Origin: an uncultured Bacilli bacterium
GTDB lineage: Bacteria; Bacillota_I; Bacilli_A; RF39; UBA660
Length of the DNA stretch: 64,000 nucleotides
Assembly (NCBI GenBank): GCA_934096645.1
Contig: CAKOMK010000002.1
Coordinates: 55,383-119,382 of the forward strand
Direction: 5' to 3'
Part shown: positions 37,292-47,862 of the stretch, piece by piece
Layout of the letters: every line of letters begins with the position of its first letter
Numbering within the stretch: position 1 is the first letter of the stretch
Program-made: the position numbers and the translations under genes
The notes under the pieces: model-generated
Database searches by the model: none
What the model was told of the DNA's origin: nothing
What the model saw: only the letters and a program-made list of their open reading frames with translations

Positions 37292-37967
37292 ATTTTTTAA
37301 TTACATCATTAATAATATAATTTGTAATAAATAATCCAGCAGTTGCAGGAACAAAAGATGTAGAACCAAGCATTTTAGTATTAATAGGTTTTTCATCACT
37401 TGTTACAACTGTAACATCTTTCATTAAAACTCTATCTTTTCCTAAATCATGTCTTATCTTTTTAGCAAGTGGATCAGTTTCTGTTTTATCAAGAGTAGTA
37501 ATTCTAACACGAGTAGCATCTATTTTATTTGCTGTTCCCATACTAGAAACTAATTTAATTCCTTTATCATGACATTCTCTAATTAATTTAACTTTAACTT
37601 TTGTAGTATCACAAGCATCAATAATATAATCATATTTATATGTAAATAAACATTCTATATTATCTTCTGTTATATGAGTATTTATAATACTAACATTAGC
37701 ATCTTTATTAATTAGTTTGATACGTTTTTTCCATTCTCTTGTCTTATATTTATTATTATTTCTAGATGTAGCAATTATTTGTCTATTAATATTACTTGGT
37801 TTAATAGTATCACTATCTACTAGTGTAATATTTCCAACACCACATCTAATCAAAGACTCTATAACGTATCCTCCAACACCTCCAAGACCAATTATTAATA
37901 CATTTAATTTCTTAATCTTTTCAATGTTTTCTTCTCCGATTAGACTCTCAAGTCTACACAAATTCAT
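37290..37967 (-). CDS. tcdA: ThiF/MoeB-family protein, likely tRNA threonylcarbamoyladenosine dehydratase (TcdA/CsdL)
   Basis: Nucleotide-binding LIIGLGGVGGYVIESL and the SD...NRQ motif; 225 aa. Confidence 0.6.
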   Translation of the reverse strand: MNLCRLESLIGEENIEKIKKLNVLIIGLGGVGGYVIESLIRCGVGNITLVDSDTIKPSNINRQIIATSRNNNKYKTREWKKRIKLINKDANVSIINTHITEDNIECLFTYKYDYIIDACDTTKVKVKLIRECHDKGIKLVSSMGTANKIDATRVRITTLDKTETDPLAKKIRHDLGKDRVLMKDVTVVTSDEKPINTKMLGSTSFVPATAGLFITNYIINDVIKK

Positions 37968-37993
37968 ACTTTTTGCCTCCTAAAAGCACGAAT

Positions 37994-38002
37994 ATTATAG
38001 CA
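37994..38002 (-). promoter_or_regulatory. extended -10 (TGCTATAAT) of the tcdA promoter
   Basis: Minus-strand TGCTATAAT about 25 nt upstream of the AGGAGG RBS. Confidence 0.4.
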
Positions 38003-38024
38003 TAAAAAAAACCTAGTGTAAATA

Positions 38025-38112
38025 TAGTGTAATAAATCTCGCGCTCGACGAGGTGGTAGATCACACGATATGTCTGGGATCTTGATATAAAATCAATATT
38101 CAACGCCGCATA
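38025..38112. ncRNA. GC-rich structured element of unknown identity between metK and tcdA
   Basis: About 88 nt with local GC far above the ~25% background (ctcgcgctcgacgaggtggtagatcacacg...caacgccgcataccgattagttcccc). Contains the hairpin ttgat-ataaaa-atcaa and paired G/C segments. No match to riboswitch consensus sequences I can recall. Confidence 0.25.
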
Positions 38113-38227
38113 CCGATTAGTTCCCCTATAATATTACATAGTCGGTTTATTGTGTCTATATTAATCATCTAGGTTAATTAAAGTTTATCATATAAAAATA
38201 TTTAAGTCTATGCTTTGAAAATAAACT

Positions 38228-39265
38228 TTACACTATTTTATTATAATCAACGAAATGACCATATTTAGCAGTGTCAACATAACATTTATTAAGTAAATCT
38301 AAATCTTCAATTATGTTATTTGGTTCACATTCAGCATATAATGAACCACTTACATCAATATCGCCTTTATCACTAGTTATGTATATAGCAAGGGGTTTTC
38401 TTATTCCAATAGCATAACTAAGTTGAACTTGACACCACCTTAAATTATATTTTTTCAAATAATCAACTGCTATATTTCTAGCTTTATAAGCAGCACTTCT
38501 ATCTACTTTAGATGGATCTTTACCACTAAAAGCTCCACCACCCACTGGAGCAAATCCCTGATATGAATCAACAACAATTTTTCTTCCAGTAAGTCCAGAG
38601 TCACCCTCAAAACCACCTATTTCAAATCTACCAGTTGGATTAATAAGAAACATTTCTATTTTAACATTATATTTTTCACAAATAGATAGGCAAATAGTTT
38701 TAATAATTTTATCTGTTTCTTCTCTTTCTTTTTCAGTATTTTGATAAGAAATAGTAAAATCTTTAATACTTAGTAGTTTCATATTTTCATCATATACTCC
38801 AGTAATTTGAGCTTTACCATCAGCATGAAATCTTTTATCTTTTTTTCTTAATTCATCATACTTAATTGATAATTCAGAAAGTATCATCATAGCTGTAGGT
38901 AAATAATATGAGTTATCATTACAAGCATAACCAAACATCATGCCTTGATCTCCAGCTCCGCCAACTTCTTTATTAGTTCCAAGAGCAATATCATTACTTT
39001 GAATACCTATATTATTTATAATCTTATACTTTTTATAGTAACCAATATCATTCAAAGTCTCATTTACTACTTTTTCAACATCTACAACACTTTTAGATGT
39101 AACTTCTCCAGTTATAAATATTACTCCTTTACCTCCACAAACTTCAATAGCGCATCTACTATCTTTATCCCCTTTTAAATATTCATCTAATAAAGCATCA
39201 CTTATCTGATCACATACTTTATCAGGATGACCTCTAAAAACAATTTCATTACTGTATAACTTCAT
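38228..39265 (-). CDS. metK: S-adenosylmethionine synthetase
   Basis: Motifs GHPDKVCDQISDA, GAGDQGMMFGYA, GGGAFSGKDPSKVDRSAAY; GGAGG RBS; 345 aa. Confidence 0.85.
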   Translation of the reverse strand: MKLYSNEIVFRGHPDKVCDQISDALLDEYLKGDKDSRCAIEVCGGKGVIFITGEVTSKSVVDVEKVVNETLNDIGYYKKYKIINNIGIQSNDIALGTNKEVGGAGDQGMMFGYACNDNSYYLPTAMMILSELSIKYDELRKKDKRFHADGKAQITGVYDENMKLLSIKDFTISYQNTEKEREETDKIIKTICLSICEKYNVKIEMFLINPTGRFEIGGFEGDSGLTGRKIVVDSYQGFAPVGGGAFSGKDPSKVDRSAAYKARNIAVDYLKKYNLRWCQVQLSYAIGIRKPLAIYITSDKGDIDVSGSLYAECEPNNIIEDLDLLNKCYVDTAKYGHFVDYNKIV

Positions 39266-39289
39266 AATTTCCTCCTTTCAGTAATAATT

Positions 39290-39418
39290 ACCTTAAAAAG
39301 AAAAAATACCTAAGATAACCTTAAGTATTAAAAGCTATCCTCATCCATCTGGGTTTACCACCTAATCAAATAGGTTGGTGTGATCTACGAGCCAGTCTCT
39401 AAATCACTCTTTATAAGG
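39290..39418 (-). promoter_or_regulatory. SAM-I (S-box) riboswitch with terminator in the metK leader
   Basis: Minus-strand read CTTATAAAGAGTGATTTAGAGACTGGCTCGTAGATCACACCAACC...GGTGGTAAACCCAGATGGATGAGGATAG. It matches the S-box core (AGAGnnnnAGnGACTGGC, CAACC, GGTGnnAAnnCC, AGATGAG). A hairpin plus TATTTTTTCTTTTT follows. Confidence 0.6.
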
Positions 39419-39449
39419 TAATATAAAATTGTTGTCCTAAGACATAAAT

Positions 39450-39480
39450 ATTATAACATAAAATGCATAAAATGTAATAT
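39450..39480 (-). promoter_or_regulatory. promoter of the metK leader
   Basis: Minus-strand TTACAT, 16-nt spacer, extended -10 TGTTATAAT just upstream of the riboswitch. Confidence 0.4.
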
Positions 39481-40780
39481 GTTAAATAAAATAAAAGACA
39501 ATATTTTTTTCAAATCAGCATTTTTACTATTAATTGGTGGAACTCTAACTAAACTAGTTGGTTTTATTCTAAAAATAATTATAACTAGAAAAATTGGTAC
39601 AGAAGGTATAGCTATTTATAGTCTATTATCCCCTACCATATCATTATTAACAGTAATAGCTACATTTAGTTATCCAACAGCATTATCAAAAATAATATCA
39701 GAAAGACAAACAAACTCAAAATCATTATTTTATTCTACAATAATACTTTCTTTTATAATAAATATTATAGTTATTTTAGTCACTATTTTATTTGCTCCAA
39801 TATTATCAAATAATCTATTAAATGAAAGTAGACTTTATTATCCAATAATATGTATAAGTTTAACTATGCCTTTTATAAGTATATCTTCTATCATAAAAGG
39901 TTATTTTTGGGGAAAACAAAATATGTTCCCCTATATGTTATCCAATTTTATAGAACAATTAACAAGATTATCTTTAATACTGTTTTTCCTAACAAAAATA
40001 TTTTATAAAGGATTAGTATTTTCAATATGTTTTTTATTTATAGTAAATATGATTGGTGAAGTGGTCTCACAAATAATAATGATTCTTTTTATGCCAAAAA
40101 ATTATTTAAATTTCAAGAATATAAAAATAGATTCAAAAGATATAAAAAGTATTTTAAATATATGTATACCATGTACATCAAGTAAAATAATTGGCTCAAT
40201 ATCATATTTTTTTGAACCAATAGTTTTAACTAATGTTTTAATATTTATGGGTTATTCAAATGAATATGTAATTTATGAATATGGTATCATAAACGCATAT
40301 GCTCTTTCACTACTATTAATGCCTCAATTCTTTACTCAAAATATGTCAACAGCTTTAATACCAGAATTATCAAAACATTATAGCTATGGCAATAAAAAAA
40401 TGTGTAAAAAAAGAATAAAAGAAATACTTTTAGTCTCTTGTTTTATTGGTTTAATATCAACAATTATAATTAGTGTATTCCCTAAATTCTTTTTAAGTAC
40501 TTTATATCATACTACTGAAGGATATGATTATATTAAGATATTATCTCCATTTGTAATATTATTCTATGTAGAATATCCTCTAATGAGTTCTCTTCAAGCA
40601 TTAGGAAAAAGTAAAGAAGCTATGAAATGTACAATAACTTCTTCAATAATAAGACTATTTTCCATAGCAATACTTTCACTATTAAAAATAGGTATCTATA
40701 GTTATATATTATCAATAATAGTTAATCTTCTAGTATCAACTTACCTTTATTATAAAGAAGTCAAAAAAGTATTAGCTTAA
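39479..40780 (+). CDS. MOP-superfamily (Wzx/MurJ/SpoVB-like) polysaccharide/lipid-II flippase
   Basis: 433 aa with about 12-14 TM helices; N-terminal LLIGGTLTKLVGFILKIIITRKIGTEGIAIY is typical of MOP flippases. Confidence 0.6.
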   Translation: MLNKIKDNIFFKSAFLLLIGGTLTKLVGFILKIIITRKIGTEGIAIYSLLSPTISLLTVIATFSYPTALSKIISERQTNSKSLFYSTIILSFIINIIVILVTILFAPILSNNLLNESRLYYPIICISLTMPFISISSIIKGYFWGKQNMFPYMLSNFIEQLTRLSLILFFLTKIFYKGLVFSICFLFIVNMIGEVVSQIIMILFMPKNYLNFKNIKIDSKDIKSILNICIPCTSSKIIGSISYFFEPIVLTNVLIFMGYSNEYVIYEYGIINAYALSLLLMPQFFTQNMSTALIPELSKHYSYGNKKMCKKRIKEILLVSCFIGLISTIIISVFPKFFLSTLYHTTEGYDYIKILSPFVILFYVEYPLMSSLQALGKSKEAMKCTITSSIIRLFSIAILSLLKIGIYSYILSIIVNLLVSTYLYYKEVKKVLA

Positions 40781-41419
40781 CTCATCATTTTTAATCACAT
40801 ATACTTTATTATCTTTATAAAAAGCATAAAATATATCTTCAATATTTAAATTCTTATTATCTAAATTATCTATTAACCAATCTAAATCTTTATTAATATA
40901 GTTTAATGTATCTTTTTGAACACAACCATCTAATATAAGAGGAAATGGTATATCACTAGTATCATTTTTATATAAGTTTAATCTTCCATTATTTTCAAGA
41001 ATAGCAAACTTTACTTGAGTTAAATCTTCTATATTATTATTTCTTAATTCAAGCATTAAATCATCTAAAGAATATCTTTGTTTTTTCATTTCAGTTTTAT
41101 TTATTTTACCTTTATTTATTATTAATGAAGGCTTTCCATCAACTAAAGTCCTAAACTTTTCTGATTTAACTGATAATACTCCAAATATTATTTCAAATAC
41201 AAGTAATATCACAATAGGTATAATAGTCAAAAGCATAGATTCATCATAATTCTCTATACTAATCGCAACTAATTCAGCTATTAACAAACTAACAACTAAA
41301 TCCATCAAAGATAACTCTCCTATTTCTCTTTTACCCATCAATCTAAATACAACAATAATAAAGAAATAAAAAAATATTGTCCTAAAAGTAACATTTAATA
41401 TATTCATAATATTCACCAT
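40772..41419 (-). CDS. DUF421 (YetF/YdfS-like) membrane protein
   Basis: N-terminal FRLMGKREIGELSLMDLVVSLLIAE signature of DUF421, plus a C-terminal soluble domain. Confidence 0.55.
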   Translation of the reverse strand: MVNIMNILNVTFRTIFFYFFIIVVFRLMGKREIGELSLMDLVVSLLIAELVAISIENYDESMLLTIIPIVILLVFEIIFGVLSVKSEKFRTLVDGKPSLIINKGKINKTEMKKQRYSLDDLMLELRNNNIEDLTQVKFAILENNGRLNLYKNDTSDIPFPLILDGCVQKDTLNYINKDLDWLIDNLDNKNLNIEDIFYAFYKDNKVYVIKNDELS

Positions 41420-41477
41420 TATTATTATGTATAATCATATTATTTTTAAACATAAATATAATTAATTAGGTGATCAA

Positions 41478-41834
41478 ATGTCAAAAGCAAAAAATTATAT
41501 TAAAAATATTTCATTAATTCTTTTATCAATTATAGTATATTTATTATTTATATCTATTTTTTATTATTTTGAAATATTAAATTATAAAGTTGTTTCTATT
41601 ATAAATTTTATTGTAGTTATGGTTTTATTCTTTGCTTTAGGATTTAAAACATCTTCTATTGAAAGAAAAAAAGGATACTTAAATGGTTTTATAGTATCCA
41701 GTATATTAGTATTATTATTTATAATTTTATCTATAATATTTAGTAAATTAAGTTTTAGTAGTTTAGTTTATTATTTATCATTAATTCTTTCAAGTATAGT
41801 TGGTGGCATTATTGGTGTTGGAAAACATAATTAA
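41478..41834 (+). CDS. small polytopic membrane protein (118 aa)
   Basis: Three to four TM helices; no recognisable motif. Confidence 0.45.
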   Translation: MSKAKNYIKNISLILLSIIVYLLFISIFYYFEILNYKVVSIINFIVVMVLFFALGFKTSSIERKKGYLNGFIVSSILVLLFIILSIIFSKLSFSSLVYYLSLILSSIVGGIIGVGKHN

Positions 41835-42991
41835 TTAACCATAAGTAAAATTTCTATTTTGTCTCCATTTTCTAGTTGAAAATTAATAGTATTATCAGTT
41901 TGTTTAAAATTAGTAACTTTACTTATACTTTTTTGAGTTTTAGCATTCAAATCTATAAAATACAAATTATTGTTTTTATCAATAACTAAATTATTATTAG
42001 TTAAATAAATATAATATTTAACTTTTATCAAATTACCATTTTCATCTTTTACATTATCTATAGTTCCATCAATGTTAACAGAAAAACTTGGTTCTTCGCT
42101 ATCTCCAGCACAAGAATATCCTCCAAATGTAGTAATACTAATCTTATGTTCTTTCATATAAGTGTTAATCGGTAAAAGAGATGCATTATCATCAATAGAT
42201 AATACAAGTATTTCACCATCTATATTAAAATAAAATAAGTTGACTAAAACTTCACATTCAAATATAAAAGCTTTTCTCGAAATATTATTTATTTTACCTT
42301 TAGCACTTGTTTCATAATACTTATAATTATTATAAAGTAACTTTGCTCCATCATTAAAGTCATCATCATCTAAACAACATTCACTATCATTAGCAGAATC
42401 TATAATATCAGCAAAATATGAATAATATATTTTATTGCTTTCAGTAACAGCAAATATATATCCTCCAGAATAACAATCAGCATATGATGAAAAATACTTA
42501 ATATTTTCGTCAATGTATTTATCTTTTACCCATTTATTATCAATATTCCAATATATTTTTTTATTTTGTAATTTAATAAAAGGAATTTCTTCTCCTTCAA
42601 AACCCTTTTCATTCATCTTAAAATATTTATCGTATATAGTATCATAATCCCAAATATATGCTTGATTATATTTAATTTCTTTATTATTTATTTTAATTGT
42701 TTCATAATAATAATCATTATCATCATCTTCATTATTTATTTCATTATCAGGTTCATCATTTAAATTATTATCATTGTTATCTACAACTTCATTGGGAATA
42801 GTGTTATCCTTATCTTCATCTTTTTTATTATCAATCGTATTATCATTATTATCTTCATTAACATTATTATCAATAACAGTATCTTCATCATTATTACTAT
42901 TATTTTTATCATAATAAAATCCAAGTCCACTAAAACTAACACTAACTATAAAGAGTAAAATTAAGATTATCAAAATTATATTACGTTTCAC
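41831..42991 (-). CDS. secreted or membrane-anchored hypothetical protein with an N/D-rich low-complexity region
   Basis: Signal-anchor MKRNIILIILILLFIVSVSFSG, then a DN-rich stretch and a beta-rich domain. Confidence 0.45.
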   Translation of the reverse strand: MKRNIILIILILLFIVSVSFSGLGFYYDKNNSNNDEDTVIDNNVNEDNNDNTIDNKKDEDKDNTIPNEVVDNNDNNLNDEPDNEINNEDDDNDYYYETIKINNKEIKYNQAYIWDYDTIYDKYFKMNEKGFEGEEIPFIKLQNKKIYWNIDNKWVKDKYIDENIKYFSSYADCYSGGYIFAVTESNKIYYSYFADIIDSANDSECCLDDDDFNDGAKLLYNNYKYYETSAKGKINNISRKAFIFECEVLVNLFYFNIDGEILVLSIDDNASLLPINTYMKEHKISITTFGGYSCAGDSEEPSFSVNIDGTIDNVKDENGNLIKVKYYIYLTNNNLVIDKNNNLYFIDLNAKTQKSISKVTNFKQTDNTINFQLENGDKIEILLMVN

Positions 42992-43067
42992 ACTTACTCA
43001 CCACTTCTATTCTAGAAATAGTATATCATACAAACAAATTTAAATAAATTAAAATAAAAAAGAAAAA

Positions 43068-44192
43068 CTATTCATTTTTCTTCTTATTATATCTACTAGC
43101 AAATTCTTCTCTAAATTCTAATAAATCATCTGCTTCTATATGAGTTCTAATATCTTCCATTAATTTGGTTAAAAATCTAATGTTATGAATTGAAATTAAT
43201 CTTTGACCAAAAGTTTCATCAGCAACTAATAAATGTCTTATATATGATTTAGAATAATTATTACAAGCATAACAATCGCAATCTTTTTCAATTGGATCTA
43301 AATCTTTAATATATTTAGCATTTCTAATATTAGTTCTACCATCACGTGTTAATGCATTTCCATGTCTTGCAAGTCTTGTTGGAAGAACACAATCAAAAAT
43401 ATCTATACCACGAATAACACCGTCAATTAAATCCATAGGTTCTCCAACACCCATTAAATATCTAATTTTATCTTTAGGTAAATATGCAGTAGCATACTCA
43501 ATCATTTTAAGTTTAGTTTCGGCATCTTCTCCAACACTTACACCACCAACAGAATATCCATCAAAATCTAATTTAGCAGTTTCAATCGCAGAAAACTTTC
43601 TTAAATCTGGAAATTCTCCACCTTGAACAATTCCAAATTGAGCTTGAACATCACGTTTCTTATTAGCATCTAAGCTTCTTTTAGCCCATCTAAGTGTTCT
43701 TTCAACACTATTTTTCATATATTCATGAGTTACTGGATAAGGAGGACATTCATCAAAACTCATTATAATATCACTACCTAACTTATTTTGAATTTCAATA
43801 CTTTTTTCTGGAGTCAAAAATAAATTTCTTCCATCAATATGACTTTTAAACTTAACTCCTTCTTCACTAATATCTTTTGGTTTAGCTAGACTAAATACTT
43901 GAAAACCACCACAATCAGTTAAAATTGGACCAGTTTTATAATTCATAAAATTATGAAGACCACCAGCATTATCAACTACATCTTCTCCAGGTCTAAGCCA
44001 TAAATGATATGTATTTGAAAGAATAACATCAGCATGAGCATCTTTTAATTCTTCTGGACTAAGTGTTTTTACTGTAGCTTGTGTCCCAACAGGCATAAAC
44101 ATAGGTGTTTTATGAGTTCCCCATTTAGTATGAAATTCACCAAGTCTAGCACCACAACTATTTTCTTTTAATAATTTAAATTTTAAATCCAT
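43068..44192 (-). CDS. tgt: queuine tRNA-ribosyltransferase
   Basis: Zinc motif CDCYAC plus conserved TPMFMPVGT and DCGGFQ. Confidence 0.85.
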   Translation of the reverse strand: MDLKFKLLKENSCGARLGEFHTKWGTHKTPMFMPVGTQATVKTLSPEELKDAHADVILSNTYHLWLRPGEDVVDNAGGLHNFMNYKTGPILTDCGGFQVFSLAKPKDISEEGVKFKSHIDGRNLFLTPEKSIEIQNKLGSDIIMSFDECPPYPVTHEYMKNSVERTLRWAKRSLDANKKRDVQAQFGIVQGGEFPDLRKFSAIETAKLDFDGYSVGGVSVGEDAETKLKMIEYATAYLPKDKIRYLMGVGEPMDLIDGVIRGIDIFDCVLPTRLARHGNALTRDGRTNIRNAKYIKDLDPIEKDCDCYACNNYSKSYIRHLLVADETFGQRLISIHNIRFLTKLMEDIRTHIEADDLLEFREEFASRYNKKKNE

Positions 44193-45235
44193 TATAATTC
44201 CTCCTCAGTTAAAAACATAGCATCTCCAAAACTAAAGAACTTATATTTTTCTTTTTGAGCATGCATATAAGCATTCTTAATAATATCAACACTACTAAAA
44301 GCACTAACTAACATAACTAGTGTACTTTTTGGTAAATGAAAATTAGTAATTAATCCATCAGCACTTAAAAATTTGTGTGGTGGATAAATAAATATATCAG
44401 TTTCTTCTATAGTACTTTTAAATTCTCCATATTTTTGAATGTTTGCTTCAAGAGTTCTAAGAGATGTAGTACCAACACAAATAATTCTATTATTATTCTT
44501 TTTAGCTTCATTTAGTTTTAGAGCAACATCTTCACTTATTTCATATAATTCACTATGCATATCATGTTTAGTAATATCATCTTCACTAACTGGTCTAAAA
44601 GTTCCAAGTCCTACATTTAAAGTAACATATAAAATATTTATTCCTTTTTCTTCTATTTGTTCAAGTAATTCTTTTGTAAAATGAAGTCCAGCTGTAGGTG
44701 CAGCAGCACTACCAGTCTTTTTTGCATAAACAGTATTATATCTATCATTTTCTTTTAATGATTCATGAATATAAGGAGGAAGTGGCATAGCCCCAACTGA
44801 ATTTAAATGTTCAACAAATATCCCTTTATAATTAAATTTAACATGAGTAATTCCATCATTAAATACATCAATTACCTCACATTCAAAATCATCTTCAAAC
44901 TTAATAACAGTACCTTTTTTAACTCTCTTTTGTGGTCTTACTAAACATTCCCATATATCGCTTTCTAATTCTTTCAATAAAAGTATTTCAATCTTAGCTC
45001 CTGTTTCAGTTTTAGTTCCAATAATTCTACTAGGTAATACTTTTGTATTATTAAGTACTAAAGTATCTCCTTTTCTTAAATAATTAATAATGTTATAAAA
45101 TACTTCATCAACATATTTTCCATTATTCTTATTAACAACTAATAATTTAGAATGATCACGTTCTTTAATAGGAGTTTGAGCTATTAAAGATTCATCTAAA
45201 TCATAATCATAAGTATTTATATCTTTATAATCCAT
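44192..45235 (-). CDS. queA: S-adenosylmethionine:tRNA ribosyltransferase-isomerase
   Basis: [15 protein letters not shown]-terminus and GTTSLRTLE motif. Start placed at the MDYKD ATG; the ORF-track start lies further upstream. Confidence 0.8.
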   Translation of the reverse strand: MDYKDINTYDYDLDESLIAQTPIKERDHSKLLVVNKNNGKYVDEVFYNIINYLRKGDTLVLNNTKVLPSRIIGTKTETGAKIEILLLKELESDIWECLVRPQKRVKKGTVIKFEDDFECEVIDVFNDGITHVKFNYKGIFVEHLNSVGAMPLPPYIHESLKENDRYNTVYAKKTGSAAAPTAGLHFTKELLEQIEEKGINILYVTLNVGLGTFRPVSEDDITKHDMHSELYEISEDVALKLNEAKKNNNRIICVGTTSLRTLEANIQKYGEFKSTIEETDIFIYPPHKFLSADGLITNFHLPKSTLVMLVSAFSSVDIIKNAYMHAQKEKYKFFSFGDAMFLTEEEL

Positions 45236-45315
45236 AATCAACCTAGGAAAACAGCCTAGTGATTCACCTCTCTTTTCTAGTAGTAAATTATAACACAAAA
45301 TAAAAAGATTATAAA

Positions 45316-45612
45316 CTATAAATTGCTTATAACCTCTTCTAAATCTTCTTTACTTTGAAAACCAACTGATTCAAGTATTTTTTCTCCATCTTTAAATATC
45401 ATTAAGTCTGGTATACTCATTACTCTATATTCTTGAGCTAAATCAGGAAATTTATCTACATCTATTTTAATAATGTCTATTTTATCTTCAATACTTTCAA
45501 GAACAGGACCCATCATCTTACAGGGACCACACCATTCAGCATAAAAGTCTACTAAATGATATCCTTCTTTAACTAATTCATTAAAATTATTTTTTTCTAA
45601 ATATTTTATCAT
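45316..45612 (-). CDS. trxA: thioredoxin
   Basis: WCGPC active site; 98 aa. Confidence 0.85.
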   Translation of the reverse strand: MIKYLEKNNFNELVKEGYHLVDFYAEWCGPCKMMGPVLESIEDKIDIIKIDVDKFPDLAQEYRVMSIPDLMIFKDGEKILESVGFQSKEDLEEVISNL

Positions 45613-46286
45613 TTTAATTTTCCTTTCTCTTTTAATATCTCCACATTTTCTTTAGAAATAATTTCATATTTTATACATGAATTAATAGCTTCTTCACTGA
45701 ATTTTTCTTTATCATTTTTATATGTTTTACTTAAATCATTTATTTCTTCAACTACTTTATTAGCATCACTAACTGCACTACTCATAATAGGTGTATTATA
45801 AAGTATTTTGTTTTTTAATTTTGAATCATCTAATCCTTGTAAAGTCCAAAATGGTAAATTAAATATAAATAATGCTATAAAAACAATAATATAACTCTCT
45901 ATAAATCCAACTATTCCACCTAATATTTTAGATATGAATCCAAGTACAATAGTTGCTTTTAATATCTTTTCTATTATACCACTAACTACAAGAACTATTC
46001 TTAAAGCTAAATATAATAATGAAAAAACTATCAAGAAAGCTATTACTTCATATAGTAATATATTTAAAACTGCTACTCCTTCAAATACACCACCAAAATT
46101 AAAGAATGGTAAATTTTTATAAAGTAATGAAGCAACTGGATTCTTTAAATAAAATGATACTACTAGTATAAGTATAAGTCCTACTAAGAAAACTGTTTGT
46201 TTTATTAGTCCTCTTCTCATACCACTCATTATTCCTAAAAAGAAGCAAACTATTATTAAAGCATCTACTATATTCATAATTTTCAT
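45609..46286 (-). CDS. CvpA-family membrane protein
   Basis: Four TM helices plus a C-terminal tail; 4-nt overlap with trxA. Confidence 0.5.
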   Translation of the reverse strand: MKIMNIVDALIIVCFFLGIMSGMRRGLIKQTVFLVGLILILVVSFYLKNPVASLLYKNLPFFNFGGVFEGVAVLNILLYEVIAFLIVFSLLYLALRIVLVVSGIIEKILKATIVLGFISKILGGIVGFIESYIIVFIALFIFNLPFWTLQGLDDSKLKNKILYNTPIMSSAVSDANKVVEEINDLSKTYKNDKEKFSEEAINSCIKYEIISKENVEILKEKGKLK

Positions 46287-46290
46287 CTCC

Positions 46291-47748
46291 TTAAACTCTA
46301 TATGGATTATCTATGCTTCCATCTCCACTTACTACTTTAATATTTCCTTTTAATGCTATTACAGGTCTAATAATATTAACTGTATTAACTTTATTAGTAA
46401 TAAGTTTTCCTTTATTTACTACAAAATTATATGCATCACTACCATTAAAATATGCCGGTGTTATAGTCCAATATGAACCATCAATATATAAATAATTATT
46501 TTGATTATTATTTAACATATTAATACCAGCATAATATACTTCATCAGCACTAATAAGTCCAATTGGATAATTAAGTCCATTACTAGTACTAATTTTATCA
46601 TTCTCATTTATACAATCGTAATCACTTCTATTATTATAATATAAGTTATTAAATGATAAATATCCAGTATTATTTTTAGAGTAACCACTATTTCCATAAT
46701 TAATTTTATTTAGTGTAAATTCACTTGTTTTTCTATTATTACAGAAAATAGTATCATTTGCAATAAAATTATTATATGAAAATAAATCACTCACATAGAA
46801 ACTATCTAATACTTTTTTAACTGAACTAAAGTTATTATTTGAATGTTCTATTTTATATTCTCCACTACTTGCATTACCATATAAATATCCAACATAAGCA
46901 TTATAATCACTATTATCATTAAATTTACTTTGAATATTTTTAAAAGTACAAACACCATCAATATATTCTCCATTATATATAATTTTTATATTTCCACTTT
47001 CTGTAGTTCTAATTATTTTCCAACACTTATTAGCAAATATTAAATTATTATTTAAATTATTTCCACCTCTATAAAAGAAAATAGTATTTCCATTAATAGA
47101 GTTATTAGTATAAAAAATTCCTTCATTATTAAAGTTTTCTTCATTATAAGGTAAAACATTATTATTATGTACAAAATATGATAAAGAGTTCCTTTCATAT
47201 AGAAAAGCATTATCACTAGTTATTCTAGAAGATTTAACATCTATATTAGTAGAAAATGTTTTATTCATATTATTATTTTGATTTTTATCTGTCTTTAAGA
47301 ATGTAATAATTAATTCATAATTATGTGTCTTTCTTGCTTCTATTCTAACATTACTAGCTATATATGTATTATCTTCATTAGGAACAATTTTATTAATTAC
47401 AATACTTCCTCCATCATTTGAATATAAACTATATACTAAATCACTAGGATTATTAAAATTATTAACTAAATTTTTAAATAATAAATCATAATATACAACT
47501 GTATCTCCAGTATTTTTAACATTAAATGTTTTCTTAATAGATTCTCCAGTATAAGCATTAACAAGAGATATATTACTAGTATCATTAAAAGTTATTTCCA
47601 TATTTGAATCAAATGTGCTTACAAGTATATCATTACCACTACCTTCAGCATTAATAGAAAAGTATGCATAACTACCAGTTATCATTAAAGATACAACAAC
47701 TATTAAAGCTATTACAATATAAATTATACTTTTTTTATTATATTCCAT
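46291..47748 (-). CDS. membrane-anchored hypothetical protein ending in ...KGNIKVVSGDGSIDNPYRV, paralogous to 25753..27045
   Basis: GGTGA RBS; signal-anchor; N-rich beta-rich body; C-terminal block aligns with 25753..27045. Confidence 0.5.
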   Translation of the reverse strand: MEYNKKSIIYIVIALIVVVSLMITGSYAYFSINAEGSGNDILVSTFDSNMEITFNDTSNISLVNAYTGESIKKTFNVKNTGDTVVYYDLLFKNLVNNFNNPSDLVYSLYSNDGGSIVINKIVPNEDNTYIASNVRIEARKTHNYELIITFLKTDKNQNNNMNKTFSTNIDVKSSRITSDNAFLYERNSLSYFVHNNNVLPYNEENFNNEGIFYTNNSINGNTIFFYRGGNNLNNNLIFANKCWKIIRTTESGNIKIIYNGEYIDGVCTFKNIQSKFNDNSDYNAYVGYLYGNASSGEYKIEHSNNNFSSVKKVLDSFYVSDLFSYNNFIANDTIFCNNRKTSEFTLNKINYGNSGYSKNNTGYLSFNNLYYNNRSDYDCINENDKISTSNGLNYPIGLISADEVYYAGINMLNNNQNNYLYIDGSYWTITPAYFNGSDAYNFVVNKGKLITNKVNTVNIIRPVIALKGNIKVVSGDGSIDNPYRV

Positions 47749-47862
47749 TTATATTCACCTATTTTAATCTAAAAATATTATATAATTTAATATAGTTTTT
47801 TTCAATATAATTTGAAAATTACACGATTATTTGATAAAATATTCCATGAGGAGAAAAGAAGT

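Noticed and set aside
38055-39392. 11-mer GTAGATCACAC shared, in inverted orientation, between the GC-rich element at 38055 and the SAM riboswitch core at 39380
   Set aside because: Expected chance occurrence of an 11-mer of this composition in this window is well above 1. The flanking sequences are unrelated.
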